Shown: positions 11,779 to 28,200 of the stretch, one piece after another | Numbering within the stretch: position 1 is the stretch's first letter | Layout: each line of letters begins with the position of its first letter | Assembly: GCA_964035545.1 (NCBI GenBank) | Contig: OZ037766.1 | Coordinates: 18,005,081-18,069,080, forward strand | DNA length: 64,000 nucleotides | Direction: 5' to 3' | Origin: Bugula neritina | Lineage: Eukaryota > Animalia > Bryozoa | Translations under genes and position numbers: made by a program | The notes under the pieces: model-generated | Told to the model about the DNA's origin: nothing | Database searches by the model: none | The model's input: only the letters and a program-made list of their open reading frames with translations

Positions 11779-13599
11779 AATATACGGCAACGTACTGAAA
11801 TACACTGTAACATACTGAAATATATTGCAAAATACTGCAACATACTGAAGTATACTGCAACATACTGAAAGACACTAAAACTCACTCAAGTATAGTGTAA
11901 TATCTGCAAACGCACTGTAACATACTGAAATTTACTGTAACACACTGAAATATACTGTAACATACTGAAATATACTGTTACATACTGAGATATACTGCAA
12001 GATACTGAAATATACTACAACTCACTGAAGTATAGTGTAATTAACGGAAATGTACTGTAACATACTGAAATTTATTGTAACATACTGAATTATACTGCAA
12101 CATACCGAAATACACTGTAACATACTGAAATATATTGCAAAATACTGCAACATACTGAAGTATACTGCAACATACTGAAAGACACTAAAACTCACTGAAG
12201 TATAGTGTAATATCTGCAAATGCACTGTAACATACTGAAATTTACTGTAACACACTGAAATATACTGTAACATACTGAAATATACTGTAACATACTGAGA
12301 GATACTGCAAGATACTAAAATATACTACAACTCACTGAAGTATAGTGTAATTTACGGAAATGTACTTTAACATACTGAAATTTATTGTAACATACTGAAT
12401 TATACTGCAACATACTGAAATACACTGTAACATACTGAAAAATATTGCAAAATACTGCAACATACTGAAATACACTGTAACATACTGAAAGACACTAAAA
12501 CTCACTGAAGTATAGTGTAATATCTGCAAATGCACTGTAACATATTGAAATTTACTGTAACACAGTGAAATATACTGTAACATACTGAAATATACTGTAA
12601 CATACTGAGATATACTGCAAGATACTGAAATATACTACAACTCACTGAAGTATAGTGTAATTTACGGAAATGTACTGTAACATACTGAAATTTATTGTAA
12701 CATACTGAATTATACTGCAACATACTGAAATACACTGTAACATACTGAAACATATTGTAAAATACTGCAACATGCTGAAATACACTGTAACATACTGAAA
12801 GACGCTGTATCATACTGAAATATACTATAACCCACTGAAATATACTGCAACATACTGAAATATACTGTAACAAACTGAAATATACTGCAACATACTGAAA
12901 TACACTGTAACATACAGAAATACACTGCAACATACTGCAGCAAACTGCAACATACTGCAACATACTGTAACATACTGAAACATACTGCAACCTCCTGAAA
13001 TATACTGCAACATGCTGAAATATACTGCAAGACACTGAAATATACTGCAACATACTGAAATACACTGTAACATATTGAAATACACTGCAACACATTGAAA
13101 TATGCTGCAACATACCGAAATATCTGGTAACCTACTGAAATATGTTGCAAACTACTGAAATATACTCAACATACTGTAACACACTGAAATATACTGTAAC
13201 ATACTGAAATATACGGTAACATACTGAGATATACTGCAAGATACTGAAATATACTACAACTCACTGAAGTGTAGTGTAATTTACGGAAATGTACTGTAAC
13301 ATACTGAAATTTATTGTAACATACTGAAATATACTGCAACATACTGAAATACACTGTAACATACTGAAATGCATTGCAAAATACTGCAACATACTGAAAT
13401 ACACTGTAACATACTGAAATACGCTGTATCATACTGAAATATACTATAACCCACGGAAAAATACTGCAACATACTGAAACATACTGTAACATACTGAAAT
13501 ATACTGCAACATACTGAAATACACTGTAACATACAGAAATACACTGCAACATACTGCAACATACTGAAATACACTGTAACATATTGAAATACACTGCTA

Positions 13600-16320
13600 C
13601 ACATTGAAATATGCTGCAACATACCGAAATATATGGTAACCTACTGAAATATATTGCAAAACTACTGAAATACACTGTAACATACAGAAATACGCTGTAA
13701 CATACAGAAATACACTGCAACATACTGCAACATACTGAAATACACTGTAACATACTGAAAGACGCCGTATCATACTGAAATATACTATAACCCACTGAAA
13801 TATACTGCAACATACTGAAATATACTGCAACATACTGGAACATACTGGAATATACTGTAACCCACTGAAATATACCGCAACATACTGAAATATACTGCAA
13901 GATACTGAAACCTACTGAAATACATTGTAACATACTGAAGTACACTGCAGCATACTGCAACATACTGAAATACACTGTAACATATTGAAATACAATGCAA
14001 CACATTGAAATAAGTTGCAAGATACCGAAATATACTGCAACATTTTGAAAGACACTAAAACTCACTGAAGTATAGTGAAAAATCTGAAAATGCACTGTGG
14101 CATACTGAAATATACTGAAACACGCTGAAATATACTGGAACATCCTGAAATAAACTGTAACATACTGAGATATACTGCAAGATACTGAAATATACTACAA
14201 CTCACTGAAGTATAGTGTAATTTACGGAAATGTACTGTAACATACTGAAATTTATTGTAACATACTGAATTATACTGCAACATACTGAAATACACTGTAA
14301 CATACTGAAACATATTGTAAAATACTGCAACATGCTGAAATACACTGTAACATACTGAAAGACGCCGTATCATACTGAAATATACTATAACCCACTGAAA
14401 TATACTGCAACATACTGAAAAATACTGTAACATACTGAAATATACTGCAACATACTGAAATACACTGTAACATACAGAAATACACTGCAACATACTGCAG
14501 CATACTGCAACATACTGCAACATGCTGAAATACACTGTAACATACTGAAATATACTGTAACATACTGAGATATACTGCAAGATACTGAAATATACTACAA
14601 CTCACTGGAGTATAGTGTAATTTACGAAAATGTACTGTAACATACTGAAATACACTGTAACATACTGAAACATATTGCAAAATACTGCAACATAGTGAAA
14701 TACACTGTAACATACTGAAAGACGCCGTATCATACTGAAATATACTATAACCCACTGAAATATACTGCAACATACTGAAATATACTGCAACACACTGGAA
14801 CATACTGGAATATACTGTAACCCACTGAAATATACCGCAACATACTGAAATATACTGCAAGATACTGAAACCTACTGAAATACACTGTAACATACTGAAG
14901 TACACTGCAGCATACTGCAACATACTGAAATACACTGTAACATATTGAAATACAATGCAACACATTGAAATATGCTGCAACATACCGAAATATATGGTAA
15001 CCTACTGAAATATATTGCAAAACTACTGAAATACACTGTAACATACAGAAATACGCTGTAACATACAGAAATACACTGCAACATACTGCAACATACTGAA
15101 ATACACTGTAACATACTGAAAGACGCCGTATCATACTGAAATATACTATAACCCACTGAAATATACTGCAACATACTGAAATATACTGCAACATACTGGA
15201 ACATACTGGAATATACTGTAACCCACTGAAATATACCGCAACATACTGAAATATACTGCAAGATACTGAAACCTACTGAAATACATTGTAACATACTGAA
15301 GTACACTGCAGCATACTGCAACATACTGAAATACACTGTAACATATTGAAATACAATGCAACACATTGAAATAAGTTGCAAGATACCGAAATATACTGCA
15401 ACATTTTGAAAGACACTAAAACTCACTGAAGTATAGTGAAAAATCTGAAAATGCACTGTGGCATACTGAAATATACTGAAACACGCTGAAATATACTGGA
15501 ACATCCTGAAATAAACTGTAACATACTGAGATATACTGCAAGATACTGAAATATACTACAACTCACTGAAGTATAGTGTAATTTACGGAAATGTACTGTA
15601 ACATACTGAAATTTATTGTAACATACTGAATTATACTGCAACATACTGAAATACACTGTAACATACTGAAACATATTGTAAAATACTGCAACATGCTGAA
15701 ATACACTGTAACATACTGAAAGACGCCGTATCATACTGAAATATACTATAACCCACTGAAATATACTGCAACATACTGAAAAATACTGTAACATACTGAA
15801 ATATACTGCAACATACTGAAATACACTGTAACATACAGAAATACACTGCAACATACTGCAGCATACTGCAACATACTGCAACATGCTGAAATACACTGTA
15901 ACATACTGAAATATACTGTAACATACTGAGATATACTGCAAGATACTGAAATATACTACAACTCACTGGAGTATAGTGTAATTTACGAAAATGTACTGTA
16001 ACATACTGAAATACACTGTAACATACTGAAACATATTGCAAAATACTGCAACATAGTGAAATACACTGTAACATACTGAAAGACGCCGTATCATACTGAA
16101 ATATACTATAACCCACTGAAATATCCTGCAACATACTGAAATATACTGCAACACACTGGAACATACTGGAATATACTGTAACCCACTGAAATATACCGCA
16201 ACATACTGAAATATACTGCAAGATACTGAAACCTACTGAAATACACTGTAACATACTGAAGTACACTGCAGCATACTGCAACATACTGAAATACACTGTA
16301 ACATATTGAAATACAATGCA
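13600..16320. repeat. 1361-bp tandem duplication
   Basis: Offsets 13785/15146 and 14062/15423, with the +1 marker TGCAAAACTACTG at about 13660 and 15021. Boundaries are approximate. Confidence 0.8.
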
Positions 16321-19300
16321 ACACATTGAAATAAGTTGCAAGATACCGAAATATACTGCAACATTTTGAAAGACACTAAAACTCACTGAAGTATAGTGAA
16401 AAATCTGAAAATGCACTGTGGCATACTGAAATATACTGAAACACGCTGAAATATACTGGAACATCCTGAAATAAACTGTAACATACTGAGATATACTGCA
16501 AGATACTGAAATATACTACAACTCACTGAAGTATAGCGTAATTTGCAGAAATGTACTGTAACACATTGAAATTTATTGGGTCATACTGAAATATACTGCA
16601 ACGTACTGAAATACACTGTAACATACTAAAATATATTGCAAAATACTGCAACATACTGAAATATACTGCAACATGCTGAAAGACACAAAAACTCACTGAA
16701 GTATAGTGTAATATCTGCAAATGCACTGTAACATACTGAAATTTACTGTAACACACTGAAATATACTGTAACATACCGAAATATACTGTAACATACAGGA
16801 ATACACTACAACATACTGCAACATACTGAAATACACTGTAACATACTGAAATACACTGTAACATATTGAAATACACTGCAACACATTGAAATATGCTGCA
16901 ACATACCGAAATATCTGGTAACCTACTGAAATATGTTGCAAACTACTGAAATATACTCAACATACTGTAACACACTGAAATATACTGTAACATACTGAAA
17001 TATACGGTAACATACTGAGATATACTGCAAGATACTGAAATATACTACAACTCACTGAAGTGTAGTGTAATTTACGGAAATGTACTGTAACATACTGAAA
17101 TTTATTGTAACATACTGAAATATACTGCAACATACTGAAATACACTGTAACATACTGAAATGCATTGCAAAATACTGCAACATACTGAAATACACTGTAA
17201 CATACTGAAATTTGCTGTATCATACTGAAATATACTATAACCCACGGAAAAATACTGCAACATACTGAAACATACTGTAACATACTGAAATATACTGCAA
17301 CATACTGAAATACACTGTAACATACAGAAATACACTGCAACATACTGCAACATACTGAAATACACTGTAACATATTGAAATACACTGCTACACATTGAAA
17401 TATGCTGCAACATACCGAAATATATGGTAACCTACTGAAATATATTGCAAAACTACTGAAATACACTGTAACATACAGAAATACGCTGTAACATACAGAA
17501 ATACATTGCAACATACTGCAACATACTGAAATACACTGTAACATACTGAAATACACTGCAACATACTGAAATATACTGCAACATAATGGAACATACTGGA
17601 ATATACTGTAAACCACCGAAATATACTGCAACATACTGAAATATACTGCAAGATACTGAAACCTACTGAAATACACTGTAACATACTGAAATACACTGCA
17701 ACATACTGAAATACACTGTAACATATTGAAATACATTGCAACACATTGAAATAAGTTGCAAGATACTGAATTATACTGCAACATACTGAAAGACACTAAA
17801 ACTCACTGAAGTATAGTGAAAAATCTGAAAATGCACTGTGGCATACTGAGATATACTGAAACACGCTGAAATATACTGGAACATACTGAAATAAACTGCA
17901 ACATACTGAGATATACTGCAAGATACTGAAATATACTACAACTCACTGAAGTATAGTGTAAGTTGCAGAAATATACTGTAACACACTGAAATTTATTGTA
18001 TCATACTGAAATATACGGCAACGTACTGAAATACACTGTAACATACTGAAAGACGCCGTATCATACTGAAATATACTATAACCCACTGAAATATACTGCA
18101 ACATACTGAAAAATACTGTAACATACTGAAATATACTGCAACATACTGAAATACACTGTAACATACAGAAATACACTGCAACATACTGCAGCATACTGCA
18201 ACATACTGCAACATGCTGAAATACACTGTAACATACTGAAATATACTGTAACATACTGAGATATACTGCAAGATACTGAAATATACTACAACTCACTGGA
18301 GTATAGTGTAATTTACGAAAATGTACTGTAACATACTGAAATACACTGTAACATACTGAAACATATTGCAAAATACTGCAACATAGTGAAATACACTGTA
18401 ACATACTGAAAGACGCCGTATCATACTGAAATATACTATAACCCACTGAAATATACTGCAACATACTGAAATATACTGCAACACACTGGAACATACTGGA
18501 ATATACTGTAACCCACTGAAATATACCGCAACATACTGAAATATACTGCAAGATACTGAAACCTACTGAAATACACTGTAACATACTGAAGTACACTGCA
18601 GCATACTGCAACATACTGAAATACACTGTAACATATTGAAATACAATGCAACACATTGAAATAAGTTGCAAGATACCGAAATATACTGCAACATTTTGAA
18701 AGACACTAAAACTCACTGAAGTATAGTGAAAAATCTGAAAATGCACTGTGGCATACTGAAATATACTGAAACACGCTGAAATATACTGGAACATCCTGAA
18801 ATAAACTGTAACATACTGAGATATACTGCAAGATACTGAAATATACTACAACTCACTGAAGTATAGCGTAATTTGCAGAAATGTACTGTAACACATTGAA
18901 ATTTATTGAGTCATACTGAAATATACTGCAACGTACTGAAATACACTGTAACATACTAAAATATATTGCAAAATACTGCAACATACTGAAATATACTGCA
19001 ACATGCTGAAAGACACAAAAACTCACTGAAGTATAGTGTAATATCTGCAAATGCACTGTAACATACTGAAATTTACTGTAACACACTGAAATATACTGTA
19101 ACATACCGAAATATACTGTAACATACAGGAATACACTACAACATACTGCAACATACTGAAATACACTGTAACATACTGAAATACACTGTAACATATTGAA
19201 ATACACTGCAACACATTGAAATATGCTGCAACATACCGAAATATCTGGTAACCTACTGAAATATGTTGCAAACTACTGAAATATACTCAACATACTGTAA

Positions 19301-22300
19301 CACACTGAAATATACTGTAACATACTGAAATGTACGGTAACATACTGAGATATACTGCAAGATACTGAAATATACTACAACTCACTGAAGTGTAGTGTAA
19401 TTTACGGAAATGTACTGTAACATACTGAAATTTATTGTAACATACTGAAATATACTGCAACATACTGAAATACACTGTAACATACTGAAATGCATTGCAA
19501 AATACTGCAACATACTGAAATACACTGTAACATACTGAAATTTGCTGTATCATACTGAAATATACTATAACCCACGGAAAAATACTGCAACATACCGAAA
19601 TATCTGGTAACCTACTGAAATATGTTGCAAACTACTGAAATATACTCAACATACTGTAACACACTGAAATATACTGTAACATACTGAAATATACGGTAAC
19701 ATACTGAGATATACTGCAAGATACTGAAATATACTACAACTCACTGAAGTGTAGTGTAATTTACGGAAATGTACTGTAACATACTGAAATTTATTGTAAC
19801 ATACTGAAATATACTGCAACATACTGAAATACACTGTAACATACTGAAATGCATTGCAAAATACTGCAACATACTGAAATACACTGTAACATACTGAAAT
19901 TTGCTGTATCATACTGAAATATACTATAACCCACGGAAAAATACTGCAACATACTGAAACATACTGTAACATACTGAAATATACTGCAACATACTGAAAT
20001 ACACTGTAACATACAGAAATACACTGCAACATACTGCAACATACTGAAATACACTGTAACATATTGAAATACACTGCTACACATTGAAATATGCTGCAAC
20101 ATACCGAAATATATGGTAACCTACTGAAATATATTGCAAAACTACTGAAATACACTGTAACATACAGAAATACGCTGTAACATACAGAAATACATTGCAA
20201 CATACTGCAACATACTGAAATACACTGTAACATACTGAAATACACTGCAACATACTGAAATATACTGCAACATAATGGAACATACTGGAATATACTGTAA
20301 ACCACCAAAATATACTGCAACATACTGAAATATACTGCAAGATACTGAAACCTACTGAAATACACTGTAACATACTGAAATACACTGCAACATACTGAAA
20401 TACACTGTAACATATTGAAATACATTGCAACACATTGAAATAAGTTGCAAGATACTGAATTATACTGCAACATACTGAAAGACACTAAAACTCACTGAAG
20501 TATAGTGAAAAATCTGAAAATGCACTGTGGCATACTGAGATATACTGAAACACGCTGAAATATACTGGAACATACTGAAATAAACTGCAACATACTGAGA
20601 TATACTGCAAGATACTGAAATATACTACAACTCACTGAAGTATAGTGTAAGTTGCAGAAATATACTGTAACACACTGAAATTTATTGTATCATACTGAAA
20701 TATACGGCAACGTACTGAAATACACTGTAACATACTGAAAGACGCCGTATCATACTGAAATATACTATAACCCACTGAAATATACTGCAACATACTGAAA
20801 AATACTGTAACATACTGAAATATACTGCAACATACTGAAATACACTGTAACATACAGAAATACACTGCAACATACTGCAGCATACTGCAACATACTGCAA
20901 CATGCTGAAATACACTGTAACATACTGAAATATACTGTAACATACTGAGATATACTGCAAGATACTGAAATATACTACAACTCACTGGAGTATAGTGTAA
21001 TTTACGAAAATGTACTGTAACATACTGAAATACACTGTAACATACTGAAACATATTGCAAAATACTGCAACATAGTGAAATACACTGTAACATACTGAAA
21101 GACGCCGTATCATACTGAAATATACTATAACCCACTGAAATATACTGCAACATACTGAAATATACTGCAACACACTGGAACATACTGGAATATACTGTAA
21201 CCCACTGAAATATACCGCAACATACTGAAATATACTGCAAGATACTGAAACCTACTGAAATACACTGTAACATACTGAAGTACACTGCAGCATACTGCAA
21301 CATACTGAAATACACTGTAACATATTGAAATACAATGCAACACATTGAAATAAGTTGCAAGATACCGAAATATACTGCAACATTTTGAAAGACACTAAAA
21401 CTCACTGAAGTATAGTGAAAAATCTGAAAATGCACTGTGGCATACTGAAATATACTGAAACACGCTGAAATATACTGGAACATCCTGAAATAAACTGTAA
21501 CATACTGAGATATACTGCAAGATACTGAAATATACTACAACTCACTGAAGTATAGCGTAATTTGCAGAAATGTACTGTAACACATTGAAATTTATTGAGT
21601 CATACTGAAATATACTGCAACGTACTGAAATACACTGTAACATACTAAAATATATTGCAAAATACTGCAACATACTGAAATATACTGCAACATGCTGAAA
21701 GACACAAAAACTCACTGAAGTATAGTGTAATATCTGCAAATGCACTGTAACATACTGAAATTTACTGTAACACACTGAAATATACTGTAACATACCGAAA
21801 TATACTGTAACATACAGGAATACACTACAACATACTGCAACATACTGAAATACACTGTAACATACTGAAATACACTGTAACATATTGAAATACACTGCAA
21901 CACATTGAAATATGCTGCAACATACCGAAATATCTGGTAACCTACTGAAATATGTTGCAAACTACTGAAATATACTCAACATACTGTAACACACTGAAAT
22001 ATACTGTAACATACTGAAATGTACGGTAACATACTGAGATATACTGCAAGATACTGAAATATACTACAACTCACTGAAGTGTAGTGTAATTTACGGAAAT
22101 GTACTGTAACATACTGAAATTTATTGTAACATACTGAAATATACTGCAACATACTGAAATACACTGTAACATACTGAAATGCATTGCAAAATACTGCAAC
22201 ATACTGAAATACACTGTAACATACTGAAATTTGCTGTATCATACTGAAATATACTATAACCCACGGAAAAATACTGCAACATACTGAAACATACTGTAAC

Positions 22301-25300
22301 ATACTGAAATATACTGCAACATACTGAAATACACTGTAACATACAGAAATACACTGCAACATACTGCAACATACTGAAATACACTGTAACATATTGAAAT
22401 ACACTGCTACACATTGAAATATGCTGCAACATACCGAAATATATGGTAACCTACTGAAATATATTGCAAAACTACTGAAATACACTGTAACATACAGAAA
22501 TACGCTGTAACATACAGAAATACACTGCAACATACTGCAACATACTGAAATACACTGTAACATACTGAAATACACTGCAACATACTGAAATATACTGCAA
22601 CATAATGGAACATACTGGAATATACTGTAAACCACCGAAATATACTGCAACATACTGAAATATACTGCAAGATACTGAAACCTACTGAAATACACTGTAA
22701 CATACTGAAATACACTGCAACATACTGAAATACACTGTAACATATTGAAATACATTGCAACACATTGAAATAAGTTGCAAGATACTGAATTATACTGCAA
22801 CATACTGAAAGACACTAAAACTCACTGAAGTATAGTGAAAAATCTGAAAATGCACTGTGGCATACTGAGATATACTGAAACACGCTGAAATATACTGGAA
22901 CATACTGAAATAAACTGCAACATACTGAGATATACTGCAAGATACTGAAATATACTACAACTCACTGAAGTATAGTGTAAGTTGCAGAAATATACTGTAA
23001 CACACTGAAATTTATTGTATCATACTGAAATATACGGCAACGTACTGAAATACACTGTAACATACTGAAATATATTGCAAAATACTGCAACATACTGAAG
23101 TATACTGCAACATACTGAAAAACACTAAAACTCACTGAAGTATAGTGTAATATCTGCAAACGCACTGTAACATACTGAAATTTACTGTAACACACTGAAA
23201 TATACTGTAACATACTGAAATATACTGTTACATACTGAGATATACTGCAAGATACTGAAATATACTACAACTCACTGAAGTATAGTGTAATTAACGGAAA
23301 TGTACTGTAACATACTGAAATTTATTGTAACATACTGAATTATACTGCAACATACTGAAATACACTGTAACATACTGAAATATATTGCAAAATACTGGAA
23401 CATACTGAAGTATACTGCAACATACTGAAAGACACTAAAACTCACTGAAGTATAGTGTAATATCTGCAAATGCACTGTAACATACTGAAATTTACTGTAA
23501 CACACTGAAATATACTGTAACATACTGAAATATACTGTAACATACTGAGAGATACTGCAAGATACTAAAATATACTACAACTCACTGAAGTATAGTGTAA
23601 TTTACGGAAATGTACTGTAACATACTGAAATTTATTGTAACATACTGAATTATACTGCAACATACTGAAATACACTGTAACATACTGAAATATATTGCAA
23701 AATACTGCAACATACTGAAATACACTGTAACATACTGAAAGACACTAAAACTCACTGAAGTATAGTGTAATATCTGCAAATGCACTGTAACATATTGAAA
23801 TTTACTGTAACACAGTGAAATATACTGTAACATACTGAAATATACTGTAACATACTGAGATATACTGCAAGATACTGAAATATACTACAACTCACTGAAG
23901 TATAGTGTAATTTACGGAAATGTACTGTAACATACTGAAATTTATTGTAACATACTGAATTATACTGCAACATACTGAAATACACTGTAACATACTGAAA
24001 CATATTGTAAAATACTGCAACATGCTGAAATACACTGTAACATACTGAAAGACGCTGTATCATACTGAAATATACTATAACCCACTGAAATATACTGCAA
24101 CATACTGAAATATACTGTAACAAACTGAAATATACTGCAACATACTGAAATACACTGTAACATACAGAAATACACTGCAACATACTGCAGCAAACTGCAA
24201 CATACTGCAACATACTGTAACATACTGAAACATACTGCAACCTCCTGAAATATACTGCAACATGCTGAAATATACTGCAAGACACTGAAATATACTGCAA
24301 CATACTGAAATACACTGTAACATATTGAAATACACTGCAACACATTGAAATATGCTGCAACATACCGAAATATCTGGTAACCTACTGAAATATGTTGCAA
24401 ACTACTGAAATATACTCAACATACTGTAACACACTGAAATATACTGTAACATACTGAAATATACGGTAACATACTGAGATATACTGCAAGATACTGAAAT
24501 ATACTACAACTCACTGGAGTATAGTGTAATTTACGAAAATGTACTGTAACATACTGAAATACACTGTAACATACTGAAACATATTGCAAAATACTGCAAC
24601 ATAGTGAAATACACTGTAACATACTGAAAGACGCCGTATCATACTGAAATATACTATAACCCACTGAAATATACTGCAACATACTGAAATATACTGCAAC
24701 ACACTGGAACATACTGGAATATACTGTAACCCACTGAAATATACCGCAACATACTGAAATATACTGCAAGATACTGAAACCTACTGAAATACACTGTAAC
24801 ATACTGAAGTACACTGCAGCATACTGCAACATACTGAAATACACTGTAACATATTGAAATACAATGCAACACATTGAAATAAGTTGCAAGATACCGAAAT
24901 ATACTGCAACATTTTGAAAGACACTAAAACTCACTGAAGTATAGTGAAAAATCTGAAAATGCACTGTGGCATACTGAAATATACTGAAACACGCTGAAAT
25001 ATACTGGAACATCCTGAAATAAACTGTAACATACTGAGATATACTGCAAGATACTGAAATATACTACAACTCACTGAAGTATAGCGTAATTTGCAGAAAT
25101 GTACTGTAACACATTGAAATTTATTGGGTCATACTGAAATATACTGCAACGTACTGAAATACACTGTAACATACTAAAATATATTGCAAAATACTGCAAC
25201 ATACTGAAATATACTGCAACATGCTGAAAGACACAAAAACTCACTGAAGTATAGTGTAATATCTGCAAATGCACTGTAACATACTGAAATTTACTGTAAC

Positions 25301-28200
25301 ACACTGAAATATACTGTAACATACCGAAATATACTGTAACATACAGGAATACACTACAACATACTGCAACATACTGAAATACACTGTAACATACTGAAAT
25401 ACACTGTAACATATTGAAATACACTGCAACACATTGAAATATGCTGCAACATACCGAAATATCTGGTAACCTACTGAAATATGTTGCAAACTACTGAAAT
25501 ATACTCAACATACTGTAACACACTGAAATATACTGTAACATACCGAAATATACGGTAACATACTGAGATATACTGCAAGATACTGAAATATACTACAACT
25601 CACTGAAGTGTAGTGTAATTTACGGAAATGTACTGTAACATACTGAAATTTATTGTAACATACTGAAATATACTGCAACATACTGAAATACACTGTAACA
25701 TACTGAAATGCATTGCAAAATACTGCAACATACTGAAATACACTGTAACATACTGAAATTTGCTGTATCATACTGAAATATACTATAACCCACGGAAAAA
25801 TACTGCAACATACTGAAACATACTGTAACATACTGAAATATACTGCAACATACTGAAATACACTGTAACATACAGAAATACACTGCAACATACTGCAACA
25901 TACTGAAATACACTGTAACATATTGAAATACACTGCTACACATTGAAATATGCTGCAACATACCGAAATATATGGTAACCTACTGAAATATATTGCAAAA
26001 CTACTGAAATACACTGTAACATACAGAAATACGCTGTAACATACAGAAATACACTGCAACATACTGCAACATACTGAAATACACTGTAACATACTGAAAT
26101 ACACTGCAACATACTGAAATATACTGCAACATAATGGAACATACTGGAATATACTGTAAACCACCGAAATATACTGCAACATACTGAAATATACTGCAAG
26201 ATACTGAAACCTACTGAAATACACTGTAACATACTGAAATACACTGCAACATACTGAAATACACTGTAACATATTGAAATACATTGCAACACATTGAAAT
26301 AAGTTGCAAGATACTGAATTATACTGCAACATACTGAAAGACACTAAAACTCACTGAAGTATAGTGAAAAATCTGAAAATGCACTGTGGCATACTGAGAT
26401 ATACTGAAACACGCTGAAATATACTGGAACATACTGAAATAAACTGCAACATACTGAGATATACTGCAAGATACTGAAATATACTACAACTCACTGAAGT
26501 ATAGTGTAAGTTGCAGAAATATACTGTAACACACTGAAATTTATTGTATCATACTGAAATATACGGCAACGTACTGAAATACACTGTAACATACTGAAAG
26601 ACGCCGTATCATACTGAAATATACTATAACCCACTGAAATATACTGCAACATACTGAAAAATACTGTAACATACTGAAATATACTGCAACATACTGAAAT
26701 ACACTGTAACATACAGAAATACACTGCAACATACTGCAGCATACTGCAACATACTGCAACATGCTGAAATACACTGTAACATACTGAAATATACTGTAAC
26801 ATACTGAGATATACTGCAAGATACTGAAATATACTACAACTCACTGGAGTATAGTGTAATTTACGAAAATGTACTGTAACATACTGAAATACACTGTAAC
26901 ATACTGAAACATATTGCAAAATACTGCAACATAGTGAAATACACTGTAACATACTGAAAGACGCCGTATCATACTGAAATATACTATAACCCACTGAAAT
27001 ATACTGCAACATACTGAAATATACTGCAACACACTGGAACATACTGGAATATACTGTAACCCACTGAAATATACCGCAACATACTGAAATATACTGCAAG
27101 ATACTGAAACCTACTGAAATACACTGTAACATACTGAAGTACACTGCAGCATACTGCAACATACTGAAATACACTGTAACATATTGAAATACAATGCAAC
27201 ACATTGAAATAAGTTGCAAGATACCGAAATATACTGCAACATTTTGAAAGACACTAAAACTCACTGAAGTATAGTGAAAAATCTGAAAATGCACTGTGGC
27301 ATACTGAAATATACTGAAACACGCTGAAATATACTGGAACATCCTGAAATAAACTGTAACATACTGAGATATACTGCAAGATACTGAAATATACTACAAC
27401 TCACTGAAGTATAGCGTAATTTGCAGAAATGTACTGTAACACATTGAAATTTATTGGGTCATACTGAAATATACTGCAACGTACTGAAATACACTGTAAC
27501 ATACTAAAATATATTGCAAAATACTGCAACATACTGAAATATACTGCAACATGCTGAAAGACACAAAAACTCACTGAAGTATAGTGTAATATCTGCAAAT
27601 GCACTGTAACATACTGAAATTTACTGTAACACACTGAAATATACTGTAACATACCGAAATATACTGTAACATACAGGAATACACTACAACATACTGCAAC
27701 ATACTGAAATACACTGTAACATACTGAAATACACTGTAACATATTGAAATACACTGCAACACATTGAAATATGCTGCAACATACCGAAATATCTGGTAAC
27801 CTACTGAAATATGTTGCAAACTACTGAAATATACTCAACATACTGTAACACACTGAAATATACTGTAACATACTGAAATATACGGTAACATACTGAGATA
27901 TACTGCAAGATACTGAAATATACTACAACTCACTGAAGTGTAGTGTAATTTACGGAAATGTACTGTAACATACTGAAATTTATTGTAACATACTGAAATA
28001 TACTGCAACATACTGAAATACACTGTAACATACTGAAATGCATTGCAAAATACTGCAACATACTGAAATACACTGTAACATACTGAAATTTGCTGTATCA
28101 TACTGAAATATACTATAACCCACGGAAAAATACTGCAACATACTGAAACATACTGTAACATACTGAAATATACTGCAACATACTGAAATACACTGTAACA
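16100..28200. repeat. 2330-bp higher-order unit and its variants (2689, 3529 bp)
   Basis: The same 117-aa pseudo-ORF string starts at 16523, 18853, 21542, 25071 and 27401, giving offsets of 2330, 2689, 3529 and 2330. The 2689 spacing equals 2330 plus a 359-bp partial re-duplication (19287/19646). Confidence 0.8.
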
